A DNA stretch of 64,000 nucleotides from Patescibacteria group bacterium. GTDB taxonomy: Bacteria; Patescibacteriota; Minisyncoccia; Phycocordibacterales; WO2-35-19. Numbering within the stretch: position 1 is the stretch's first letter; every line of letters starts with the position of its first letter. Shown here piece after piece: positions 17,791 to 26,797 of the stretch. The translations under genes and the position numbers were made by a program. The notes under the pieces are model-generated. The model worked only from the letters and a program-made list of their open reading frames with translations, was not told the DNA's origin and searched no databases. The DNA lies in the NCBI GenBank assembly GCA_038064735.1, contig JBBTSI010000011.1, positions 1,768 through 65,767 on the forward strand, given 5' to 3'.

Positions 17791-18665
17791 TGCAGCCTAA
17801 TTTCAAGAAGCCGGCGATAATAATTGCTGTGGTTATTGTTGTGTTTTTAGCATCTTTGTTTTGGGCTATAAGCCACAGACAACCAGAAACACCACCAGTA
17901 ATCGAAGCTCCGAAAGAAGTGGTTTATAAAGTCATCGGTAACTCTGTGGAAGGACGTAAAATTGAAAGTTACACTTATGGGGAAGGGCAGAAGCATCTGG
18001 TATTAGTCGGCGGTGTCCACGGAGGTTACGAATGGAACAGCATAATGCTCTCTTACCGAATGATGGATTACTTGAATAAAAATCAAGATACAATCCCGAA
18101 CAATCTGACAGTCACCATAATACCTAACGTCAATCCTGACGGCCTTTTCAAAGTAGTAGGTAAAGAAGGCCAGTTTGTCGTCGCCGATGTTTCTACTAGT
18201 ACCAAAATACTTTCAGCCGGCCGTTTCAATGCAAACGAGGTTGACCTCAACCGCAACTTTGATTGCAAATGGAAACCGAAAAGTACCTGGCAATCAAAAA
18301 CAGTGAGTGCCGGCTCAGAAGCTTTTTCCGAACCGGAAGCTCTGGCTTTTAAAAATTTTATTTCAGAAAACAATCCGACCGCTGTCATATTTTTCCACAG
18401 CCAGTCGGGCAGTGTTTACGCTTCACAATGCAAAGACGGCATCCTTCCGGAAACTCTGAGTATCATGGATGTTTATGCAAAAGCGGCAGGTTATAAACCA
18501 GTCAAAACATTTGATGCTTATGCCACTTCTGGTGCTGCTGATGACTGGTTAGCCTCCATCAAAATCCCCGCTATCACAGTAGAACTCAAAACTCACGAAA
18601 CCGTAGAGTGGGAACAAAACCTTACCGGTATCAAAGCTCTTTTTGCTTATTTCAACCAAAAATAA
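17790..18665 (+). CDS. M14-family zinc carboxypeptidase, a tandem paralog.
   Basis: VGGVHGGYEWNS ... RFNANEVDLNRNFDCKW ... FSEPEA. Overlaps the upstream gene by 1 nt (TAATG). Confidence 0.7.
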   Translation: MQPNFKKPAIIIAVVIVVFLASLFWAISHRQPETPPVIEAPKEVVYKVIGNSVEGRKIESYTYGEGQKHLVLVGGVHGGYEWNSIMLSYRMMDYLNKNQDTIPNNLTVTIIPNVNPDGLFKVVGKEGQFVVADVSTSTKILSAGRFNANEVDLNRNFDCKWKPKSTWQSKTVSAGSEAFSEPEALAFKNFISENNPTAVIFFHSQSGSVYASQCKDGILPETLSIMDVYAKAAGYKPVKTFDAYATSGAADDWLASIKIPAITVELKTHETVEWEQNLTGIKALFAYFNQK

Positions 18666-18677
18666 TATATTTACTAT

Positions 18678-19013
18678 ATGCAAAAAGCACTGAAAATTTT
18701 TTTGAACACAATTCCGGTCTTAATAATGATTGGACTTATTCCATTCGTACAAAATGATTATATTCTGACAGTATTTCATATAGCGATTATTTATATTTCT
18801 TTGCAATTCATAAAGTATGAAAGAAGTGATTCTACCGTTCTTGTTTTTGGTTTTTTTATTATGACTTTTTTCGAATACGTTTTCGTCACCACCGGTGTAG
18901 AATCTTTCACTAGAAATTCTCTTTTCGGTGTTATGCCTGTATGGCTACCATTCCTCTGGTCATATGGATTTTTGGCAATCAAAAAATCAGCGCAAATTTT
19001 GGATAGAAATTAA
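18678..19013 (+). CDS. Small membrane protein, hypothetical.
   Basis: 111-aa ORF with three hydrophobic segments. Confidence 0.4.
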   Translation: MQKALKIFLNTIPVLIMIGLIPFVQNDYILTVFHIAIIYISLQFIKYERSDSTVLVFGFFIMTFFEYVFVTTGVESFTRNSLFGVMPVWLPFLWSYGFLAIKKSAQILDRN

Positions 19014-19022
19014 TTACCGTAT

Positions 19023-19532
19023 ATGGACGGAACTGAAAAAAATGCGATAAAAAATTTGGGTAAATTGTTTGTTGCTATTTGTGCAACTGTTTATTTTTTA
19101 TATTATGCCAAAACCGCAACAGATTGGCACTTTATTGATAATTTCAATTTGATAATCCACGAGGCTGGGCATTCTATTTTATTTTTTCTTGGTGAATTTA
19201 TACAAGTTGCCGCAGGTTCATTATTTCAAATACTACTGCCTCTTATATTTGTTTTATATTTTTATTTACATAAAAACTATTTTTCCAGTTCTCTTCTCTT
19301 ATTTTGGGTAGGGCAAAACGTCATTAATGTTTCAGTTTATCTTTCGGACGCAATCATCACACAATTACCCTTACTTGGTGGCGATTCTTCTATTCACGAT
19401 TGGAATTATCTTTTGAATTCACTCGGAATACTCAAACATACTTCTACTATCGGTTCTTTAACTTTTGATGCCGGTGTTTTAATTATAATTTTAGCCGCTT
19501 ATTTTTCTACTGTAACATCCCAGAAAAAATAG
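19023..19532 (+). CDS. Membrane protein carrying a HEAGH motif, hypothetical.
   Basis: Multi-TM 169-aa ORF. The HExxH at IIHEAGHSILFF may be coincidental. Confidence 0.4.
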   Translation: MDGTEKNAIKNLGKLFVAICATVYFLYYAKTATDWHFIDNFNLIIHEAGHSILFFLGEFIQVAAGSLFQILLPLIFVLYFYLHKNYFSSSLLLFWVGQNVINVSVYLSDAIITQLPLLGGDSSIHDWNYLLNSLGILKHTSTIGSLTFDAGVLIIILAAYFSTVTSQKK

Positions 19533-19589
19533 AGACGTATCCACACTGATGTTTCTTTTTTATTTAAATTAGTATATAATTAGCATATT

Positions 19590-19700
19590 ATGGCAAAAAG
19601 AGAAGCAACAAATACAAAAAACAAAACCTCTCGTTCTAGAAAAACTAAGAAACGCTTGGAAATCAAAAGACAGAGACTTGCATCAAAGCGCAATAAATAA
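19590..19700 (+). CDS. 36-aa highly basic micro-ORF (MAKREATNTKNKTSRSRKTKKRLEIKRQRLASKRNK).
   Basis: Not in the supplied ORF track. Lies in a 330-bp gap and is followed at once by a second MAK-initiated micro-ORF. Confidence 0.2.
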   Translation: MAKREATNTKNKTSRSRKTKKRLEIKRQRLASKRNK

Positions 19701-19704
19701 TTAT

Positions 19705-19764
19705 ATGGCAAAAGGAGACGGACATAGAAAAGAGAAAAAGAAAGCTAAAAAAGTAAAAGCTTAA
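19705..19764 (+). CDS. 19-aa basic micro-ORF (MAKGDGHRKEKKKAKKVKA), loosely reminiscent of the ribosomal protein bTHX N-terminus.
   Basis: It starts MAKGD, like the bTHX family, but the similarity is too short to be firm. Confidence 0.15.
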   Translation: MAKGDGHRKEKKKAKKVKA

Positions 19765-19862
19765 CAAAGTTTGCTTTTGGGTTTATAAATCACAGGTATG
19801 TCCTTATATAAAAAGGGCATATGGTTTATAATATAAGTTATACAAAATTTTAATAAAAAACT

Positions 19863-21338
19863 ATGCCAACATTTATAAACAGAGAATCCGGTTCCTTCAA
19901 ATTCAAATGGTTGATTTGGACAGTTATTGTTATTGCGGTTTTAATAGGTGCATATTTCCTGTTTTTTAACAAAAAAACCCAATATCAGTTTATAACCGTT
20001 CAAAAAGGTTCAATTATTGAATCAGTTTCCGTGACTGGTAACACCATACCGACAAAAAGTGTATCCTTGGCTTTTGGTAGTAGTGGCATAATTTCAAATA
20101 CTTATTCGGATCTTGGTAAACAAGTCTCTGTGGGACAAGTCTTGGCAGAACTTAATATGAATGACCTCAATGCTTCGCTTCATCAAGCAGAAGCTAGTGT
20201 AAATCAACAGCAAGCAAGACTAAGAGCGTTGGAAAGTAGCTCCCAACCAGCAGATGCTTCGTTGGCTTTCATCACAGCTATGCGTGACTCATATCTTCAA
20301 TTGGAAACTGCTGTTTTGCGTTATTCCGATACTCTTTTTACTAATGCCATATCAGTCAATCCTTCCATACAAATAAGAACTCAGAGCCAAGAAGAAGAAA
20401 ATGCTATAGAAGCGGAACGTCTGATTGTTGGAGAAAAAATGGAAAAATGGAGAAACACTTTGGTAAATCTCAATACAACATCAGATAATCAAACAATAAA
20501 AAATGCCGAATCGATAGCAAGAGATACTATTGTTTACACTGGAAGCTTCATGAATCATCTGGGAAATATAACAAAAAATTTGACCCCAGAAAATTCTGGC
20601 TTACTACAAAGTGTAATAGACTCTAATCGTATAAATATAAACACTGCCGCTCAAGCTGTAAGTACAACAGATACAAACGAAAAAAACGCTTACGATACTT
20701 GGATTTCAGCACCTCAAAATATAGACGCTCAAAAAGCTTTGGTTAAAGCAGCAGAGGCAAGTGTTGAAAGTGCACAAGCTAAAATCCAAAATGCTCAAAT
20801 TATCGCTCCTATATCCGGCACAGTAACTCAGTTTGATGCCAAAATCGGCCAACTGGCTTCTCCAGGTACACCTTTAGTTTCCATAATGTCAGATACCGGT
20901 TATGAAGTAGACGCTGGTGTTTCCGAAATTGATGTCGGGAAAATTTCACTCGGAAACGAAGTTACTATGACTCTTGATGCTTTCCAGAACGAAACTTTTA
21001 TTGGAAAGGTATTTTATATAGCACCAGCCGAAACTAATAACCAAGGGGTTATTAGTTATCAAATTAAAATATCTTTTGATAAACCAGATATACGTTTAAA
21101 AAGCGGTCTGACTGCAAATATAGATATCCAAACTAGACAAAAAGAAAATGTACTCATTCTTCCCCAATACGCTATTTTACAAAATGACCAAGGTACTTTC
21201 GTAGAAACACTCGAAAATAAAGTGGTCAAACAAAACCCGGTAACTCTCGGACTTCAAGACCAAAAAGGTAATGTTGAAGTGATATCAGGAGTTGAGGAAG
21301 GCAAGCAAGTTCTCAATATCGGACTCAAAACCAAATAA
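19863..21338 (+). CDS. Efflux transporter periplasmic adaptor subunit (HlyD/MacA-like).
   Basis: N-terminal TM anchor and coiled-coil, then the beta-barrel region IIAPISGTVTQFDAKIGQLASPGTPLVSI. Confidence 0.75.
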   Translation: MPTFINRESGSFKFKWLIWTVIVIAVLIGAYFLFFNKKTQYQFITVQKGSIIESVSVTGNTIPTKSVSLAFGSSGIISNTYSDLGKQVSVGQVLAELNMNDLNASLHQAEASVNQQQARLRALESSSQPADASLAFITAMRDSYLQLETAVLRYSDTLFTNAISVNPSIQIRTQSQEEENAIEAERLIVGEKMEKWRNTLVNLNTTSDNQTIKNAESIARDTIVYTGSFMNHLGNITKNLTPENSGLLQSVIDSNRININTAAQAVSTTDTNEKNAYDTWISAPQNIDAQKALVKAAEASVESAQAKIQNAQIIAPISGTVTQFDAKIGQLASPGTPLVSIMSDTGYEVDAGVSEIDVGKISLGNEVTMTLDAFQNETFIGKVFYIAPAETNNQGVISYQIKISFDKPDIRLKSGLTANIDIQTRQKENVLILPQYAILQNDQGTFVETLENKVVKQNPVTLGLQDQKGNVEVISGVEEGKQVLNIGLKTK

Positions 21339-22048
21339 TGATAGAGGTCAATGATCTGAAAAAAGAATATATTGAAGAAGACACCACAACCAGAGCTCTA
21401 CGCGGAGTAACTTTTAAAATCGATAGAGGTGAGTTTGTCTCCATTATGGGCCCATCAGGCTCCGGTAAATCCACTTTGCTTCACATTTTAAGTTTCCTTG
21501 ATAGACCAACTGGTGGCTCTTACAAATTTTTAGGAAAAAGTATCGATGATATGAACGATAGGGAATTGGCTCATGTACGAAACAAAGATATGGGTTTCGT
21601 TTTCCAATCATTCAACCTTCTTTCTCGACTGACAGTTTATGACAATGTAGAAATTCCGCTTTTGTATTCCGATATTATCCCAAGAGAAAGAAAAAAACTC
21701 ATTGAAGATGCCGTCATTGCTGTCGGTCTTGAAGAAAAACTACATATTGAAACCGGTAAACTTTCCGGCGGACAAAAACAAAGAGTAGCCATAGCTCGCG
21801 CACTCGTAACTGACCCTAACATTATTTTTGCCGATGAACCAACTGGCAATCTTGATTCAGAATCAGGATTACAAGTCATGGAGATACTTGAATCTCTCCA
21901 CGACAAAGGCCGTACTGTAGTATTGGTCACCCACGAAACTCAAACTGCTGAATTTGCCAATCGTATTATTAAGATAAAAGATGGACTCATAGAAAGCGAC
22001 AAAACTATTACCACCAATCGTGATCATTGTAGTGGTCAATTAAAATAA
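21338..22048 (+). CDS. ABC transporter ATP-binding protein (MacB/LolD-type).
   Basis: [11 protein letters not shown] (Walker A), [15 protein letters not shown] (signature), [12 protein letters not shown] (Walker B). Confidence 0.85.
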   Translation: MIEVNDLKKEYIEEDTTTRALRGVTFKIDRGEFVSIMGPSGSGKSTLLHILSFLDRPTGGSYKFLGKSIDDMNDRELAHVRNKDMGFVFQSFNLLSRLTVYDNVEIPLLYSDIIPRERKKLIEDAVIAVGLEEKLHIETGKLSGGQKQRVAIARALVTDPNIIFADEPTGNLDSESGLQVMEILESLHDKGRTVVLVTHETQTAEFANRIIKIKDGLIESDKTITTNRDHCSGQLK

Positions 22049-22062
22049 TATGGCAAAAAAAT

Positions 22063-23298
22063 ATGACAAGTAAAGACGCATTCAAAACAGCCATCCGCAG
22101 TCTCTCACACAGTAAGATGCGCTCGATTCTAACCATGCTCGGCATCGTTACTGGCATAGCATCGGTAATCGTCATTATGTCACTCGGTGATTCAGCGAAG
22201 CAATATATCGTTGGCCAAATCCAATCAATGGCTCCCAACATGATCAACGTGCAACCTGGTGCTCCAGTCATGGGTGGAGCACCTTCGGCTGTGATGGGTC
22301 TCGTAATCAAAACTCTCAGGGCACGTGACGTAGAAGCGTTGGAAAGGGAGCCGTCTATAACGAATGTGTCACCAAATGTCACCGGAAGTTCTCGCATCGT
22401 TTATGGGAACAAAAGCAAGTCTACTCTCTGGGTTGCAACGACAGCGAATCTATTCAAGATGACGAACCTTAATTTTTCAAGCGGGTATGGCTTCACTGAG
22501 GCGGATGAGATTGGATACAAACACGTTGTCGTTCTTGGTTCTAAGTTGGCAGAAGATTTATTCGGAAGTGATACCGAACCTGTCGGGAAGACTGTTCGTT
22601 TTGAAGACATTACTTTCCGTGTTATTGGGGTTCTAGAACCGAAAGGTTCAGGAATGTTTAGCATGGATGGGTATGCACTGATTCCGCTTTCTGTCGGACA
22701 AAAACAAATTCGCGGTATTGATTATTATCAAGAACTGAATATCCAGATTGACCCCACATATGACACCTCATTCGTCAAAACCAGGATTGTCTCCATTCTC
22801 AGGACATCCCATCAAATTACGGATCCTACGAAAGACGACTTCATGGTTACTTCTATGGATGAGACGTTGAGTATGCTAGGTAATATAATGTCAATTCTCA
22901 CCATATTCCTAGCGGCAATCGCCTCAATTTCACTTGTGGTTGGTGGCATCGGCATTATGAATATTATGTTGGTATCTGTAACCGAGCGCACCAGAGAAAT
23001 AGGTTTGCGCAAAGCCGTCGGTGCAACTGATAAAGATATAATGATACAATTCCTTATAGAGTCTGTACTACTGACTCTCACTGGTGGCATAATCGGTATT
23101 TTGGTGGGCGCCGGTATTGTTGGCCTAATTTACTTCGTCCTAACAACTTTCTTTTCTATAGGTTGGATTTTCGCTTTTCCTCCTTTAGCGGTGGCGCTCG
23201 GGCTTTTGGTCTCTGGTATATCTGGCATTGCCTTTGGTATTTATCCAGCTCGCCAAGCTGCCCGCAAAAACCCTATTGATGCCTTGCGTTACGAATAG
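22063..23298 (+). CDS. ABC transporter permease, FtsX/MacB family.
   Basis: N-terminal TM, a large periplasmic domain, and a C-terminal FtsX-like 3-TM region. Confidence 0.8.
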   Translation: MTSKDAFKTAIRSLSHSKMRSILTMLGIVTGIASVIVIMSLGDSAKQYIVGQIQSMAPNMINVQPGAPVMGGAPSAVMGLVIKTLRARDVEALEREPSITNVSPNVTGSSRIVYGNKSKSTLWVATTANLFKMTNLNFSSGYGFTEADEIGYKHVVVLGSKLAEDLFGSDTEPVGKTVRFEDITFRVIGVLEPKGSGMFSMDGYALIPLSVGQKQIRGIDYYQELNIQIDPTYDTSFVKTRIVSILRTSHQITDPTKDDFMVTSMDETLSMLGNIMSILTIFLAAIASISLVVGGIGIMNIMLVSVTERTREIGLRKAVGATDKDIMIQFLIESVLLTLTGGIIGILVGAGIVGLIYFVLTTFFSIGWIFAFPPLAVALGLLVSGISGIAFGIYPARQAARKNPIDALRYE

Positions 23299-23397
23299 GT
23301 TGTTTTTTTAGTGTTTACAGCGTATAATTAGGGGGTATTAGAAGAAGACAAAAAAGAGTCGAGTTTCTATCTATACTATAATAAATAATAAAAAAAC

Positions 23398-23604
23398 ATG
23401 ACAGGAACAATCAAGAAGTTAAATGAAAGAGGATTTGGGTTTATCGAACAAGAAGGTCAAACCGGAGATCTTTTCTTTCACAAAAGTGCGCTTTCTGGCG
23501 TCACTTTTGAGGATTTGAAAGAAGGCGATAGCGTCTCTTTCGATGTTGAGCCAGCCAAAGAAGGAGGCAAAGGCCCTTCCGCTGCAAATGTAACTCGATC
23601 TTAA
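23398..23604 (+). CDS. Cold-shock protein, CspA family.
   Basis: GTIKKLNERGFGFIEQEGQTGDLFFHKSAL carries the RNP1/RNP2-like motifs. Confidence 0.85.
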   Translation: MTGTIKKLNERGFGFIEQEGQTGDLFFHKSALSGVTFEDLKEGDSVSFDVEPAKEGGKGPSAANVTRS

Positions 23605-23664
23605 TTTATTAATGGTCGCACTCCAAAATGGTATTGTGCGACATAATTTCACTAAATTAAAAAT

Positions 23665-23919
23665 ATGGCGAAAACAAATTCAGCATTTATGAAGCCGATG
23701 ACCATTAGCCCAGAATTGGCAGAGGTTGTAGGCAAAGGCCCTTTCCCAAGATCAGAAGTAGTTAAGAAACTTTGGGTTTATATCAAAGGTAAAGATCTTC
23801 AAGATCCTAAGAACAAAAGAAACATAAATGCCGACGAAAATTTGAAAAAAGTTTTTGGTGGCAAAGCTGTCGTCAACATGTTTGAAATGACCAAACTCGT
23901 TTCCAAACACCTATCTTAA
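23665..23919 (+). CDS. SWIB/MDM2-domain protein.
   Basis: MKPMTISPELAEVVGKGPFPRSEVVKKLWVYIKGKDLQDPKNKRNINADENLKKVFG matches the SWIB consensus. Confidence 0.7.
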   Translation: MAKTNSAFMKPMTISPELAEVVGKGPFPRSEVVKKLWVYIKGKDLQDPKNKRNINADENLKKVFGGKAVVNMFEMTKLVSKHLS

Positions 23920-24006
23920 GTTGGCAGTAAGGATTTAATTTGTTATAAATAAGCAAGGGGCAAACGTCCCTTGTTTATTTTATTAATGTTAAAAAAGAAA
24001 ATAAAA

Positions 24007-26685
24007 ATGGCAAAGAACAAAAAGTATGTCTATGCGTTTGAAGAAGGTGATAAGAGCATGAAAGAAATTTTGGGTGGTAAGGGCGCCAATCTGGCTGAAA
24101 TGAAAAACTTAGGAATAAACGTGCCTCCGGGATTTACTGTAAGCACCGAAGTTTGTGATATTTATTACAAAAATAAAAAAACTCTGCCAAACGAAATCAA
24201 AAAACAAATAGACACAAAACTTTTTGATTTACAAAAAAAGATGGACAAAAAATTGGGAGACGCTAGCGACCCACTCCTAGTCTCAGTCCGTTCCGGCGCC
24301 GCTTCCTCAATGCCAGGCATGATGGATACTATTTTAAACTTAGGCCTCAACGACAAATCTGTCGTAGGGCTCAGTCAAAAAACCGGTAACTCCCGATTTG
24401 CTTGGGATTCATACCGCCGTTTAATCCAAATGTTTGGTTCGGTAGTCATGGAAATGGAACACTCCGATTTTGAGCATATTCTTGAAAATGTGAAAGACAC
24501 TGTCGGGGCAAAATATGACACTGATCTGACCACTGAAAACTTGCAAGAAATCGTCACCAAATACAAAGAAAAAATAAAAAAAGTGAAAGGCATTGATTTC
24601 CCCCAAGACCCAATCAAACAACTATATGCAGCGATGAATGCAGTCTTTAATTCTTGGAATAATTACCGAGCCATAAGATACCGTGAAATAAATAATATCA
24701 AAGGCCTCATCGGCACGGCAGTCAACATCCAAGCGATGGTCTTCGGCAATTTGGGAGAGACTTCCGGCACGGGAGTTTGCTTCACTAGGAACCCTTCAAC
24801 CGGCGAAGCTAAATTTTACGGCGAATACCTCATGAATGCTCAAGGTGAAGATGTAGTCGCTGGTATTAGGACACCTCTACCAGTATCATCGCTTCAAAAA
24901 TCGAATCCAAAAATTTACAAAGAGTTAGTGACGATCTGCAACAAAGTCGAAAAGCATTATCGCGATATGCAAGATATGGAATTTACCATTCAAGACGGCA
25001 AGCTTTACATCTTACAAGCAAGATCCGGCAAAAGGACAGCGACAGCAGCCGTCAGAATCGCGGTGGAAATGGTAGCCGAAAAACTCATCACCAAAGAAGA
25101 AGCTATTTTGCGCATTGATCCAAATCAACTCAATCAACTTTTGCACAAACAATTTGACCTCATCGCTCTAAACCGAGCCGAAGTGGTCGCTTTGGGTTTA
25201 CCAGCTTCACCAGGAGCCGCTGTCGGAGAAATAGTTTTTACTGCCAGTGATGCCTTTGAAAAAACCAAAGCAGGTTTGGACGTCATTTTAGTCCGTACAG
25301 AGACTTCTCCGGAAGATATTGATGGTATGCACAGCGCTAAAGGAATACTCACCGCTAGAGGTGGTATGACGAGTCACGCCGCAGTGGTAGCAAGGGGTAT
25401 GGGTACATGTTGTGTAGCTGGATGTTCAGATTTGATTATTGATGAAAAAACAAAAAAATTAACTATCAAAGAAAAAGGTATTACTTTGAAAGAAGGGGAT
25501 TTTATTTCTCTTGATGGTTCTCTTGGAAAAGTTTATGTTGGAAAGATTGCGACCGTAGATCCGAAACTTTCAGGCAACTTCGGCAAACTAATGTCTTGGG
25601 CAGACAGTGTGAGAAAAATAGGGGTGAGGACCAACGCCGACACTCCGACTGATGCCAGTGTAGCCAGATCATTTGGCGCTGAGGGTATCGGACTTTGCCG
25701 AACTGAACATATGTTCTTTGAAGGCAATCGTATCAAAGCAGTGAGGGAAATGATTTTGGCAGGGGATTTGGAAAGCAGGAAAAAAGCGCTAAACAAACTT
25801 TTGCCTTATCAAAAAGAAGATTTCGTAGAACTATTCCGCACTATGGACGGATTCCCGGTGACAGTGCGTTTGCTCGATCCACCACTTCATGAATTTTTAC
25901 CAAAAGAGAAAAAAGATATTGAAGAACTCGCTCGTGAAATGAAAGTAGAAGTTAAAACTCTTACAGATAAAATTTCAGATTTGCACGAATTCAATCCGAT
26001 GCTCGGACACCGCGGTTGCAGACTCGCTATCACTTTCCCCGAGATTTACGATATGCAAGTGACTGCTATAGTTGAAGCTATTATAGAAGTCTATAAAGGT
26101 AAAAGTAAATCCTCCTCCGCTAAAGCTACGGCGGGACAAAGAAAAATTGCACCAGAAATAATGATTCCTCTCGTCGCTACCACCAAAGAATTTGAAATCA
26201 TTAAAAACCGAATTGTAGAAATCGTAGAGAGCAAATTGAAATCAGCCAAAATCAAAGTCGCTTACAAAGTCGGTACGATGATTGAAGTGCCAAGAGCAGC
26301 ACTCGTCGCTGACAAAATCGTAGAAGCTGGAGCAGAATTTTTCTCTTTCGGTACCAATGACCTTACTCAAATGGGTGTCGGACTCTCACGCGACGACTCT
26401 GGTAAATTCCTCAAAGAATATGTGAAGCAAAATATTTTCGACCAAGATCCTTTTGAAGTTTTGGACCAAGAAGGTGTAGGTGAACTCATCCGTATTGCTA
26501 TCAAAAAAGGTAGGGGAGTTAAAAAAGATTTGAAAGTAGGTATTTGTGGGGAACATGGAGGCGAACCCAAGACTGTGGAATTTTGCCACAACGAAGGGTT
26601 TAACTACGTTTCTTGCTCACCATTCCGAGTACCTATCGCCCGTCTAGCCGCCGCTCAAGCCGCCATCAAGAACAAGAAGAAATAA
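24007..26685 (+). CDS. ppdK: Pyruvate, phosphate dikinase.
   Basis: Full-length match including GGKGANLAEM, the phospho-His domain GGMTSHAAVVARGMG, and the PEP-utilising C-terminus GICGEHGGEP. Start set at MAKNKKYVY. Confidence 0.9.
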   Translation: MAKNKKYVYAFEEGDKSMKEILGGKGANLAEMKNLGINVPPGFTVSTEVCDIYYKNKKTLPNEIKKQIDTKLFDLQKKMDKKLGDASDPLLVSVRSGAASSMPGMMDTILNLGLNDKSVVGLSQKTGNSRFAWDSYRRLIQMFGSVVMEMEHSDFEHILENVKDTVGAKYDTDLTTENLQEIVTKYKEKIKKVKGIDFPQDPIKQLYAAMNAVFNSWNNYRAIRYREINNIKGLIGTAVNIQAMVFGNLGETSGTGVCFTRNPSTGEAKFYGEYLMNAQGEDVVAGIRTPLPVSSLQKSNPKIYKELVTICNKVEKHYRDMQDMEFTIQDGKLYILQARSGKRTATAAVRIAVEMVAEKLITKEEAILRIDPNQLNQLLHKQFDLIALNRAEVVALGLPASPGAAVGEIVFTASDAFEKTKAGLDVILVRTETSPEDIDGMHSAKGILTARGGMTSHAAVVARGMGTCCVAGCSDLIIDEKTKKLTIKEKGITLKEGDFISLDGSLGKVYVGKIATVDPKLSGNFGKLMSWADSVRKIGVRTNADTPTDASVARSFGAEGIGLCRTEHMFFEGNRIKAVREMILAGDLESRKKALNKLLPYQKEDFVELFRTMDGFPVTVRLLDPPLHEFLPKEKKDIEELAREMKVEVKTLTDKISDLHEFNPMLGHRGCRLAITFPEIYDMQVTAIVEAIIEVYKGKSKSSSAKATAGQRKIAPEIMIPLVATTKEFEIIKNRIVEIVESKLKSAKIKVAYKVGTMIEVPRAALVADKIVEAGAEFFSFGTNDLTQMGVGLSRDDSGKFLKEYVKQNIFDQDPFEVLDQEGVGELIRIAIKKGRGVKKDLKVGICGEHGGEPKTVEFCHNEGFNYVSCSPFRVPIARLAAAQAAIKNKKK

Positions 26686-26695
26686 ATTAATAAGC

Positions 26696-26729
26696 AAAAC
26701 AAACTCCCTTTCGAAAGGGAGTTTGTTTT
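26696..26729 (+). terminator. Intrinsic terminator.
   Basis: aaacaaactcccttt-cg-aaagggagtttgttt perfect hairpin followed by TA. Confidence 0.5.
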
Positions 26730-26797
26730 ATTACACTAAATAATGTATAGTGTAACCAATCCCTTGGGGGGATTTTTAATTATCAAATTTTACAGAA

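Noticed and set aside
19023-19532. Calling the 169-aa membrane protein a zinc metalloprotease on the basis of HEAGH.
   Set aside because: A single HExxH in a short multi-TM protein with no third ligand or supporting motif is too weak, so it is kept as hypothetical.
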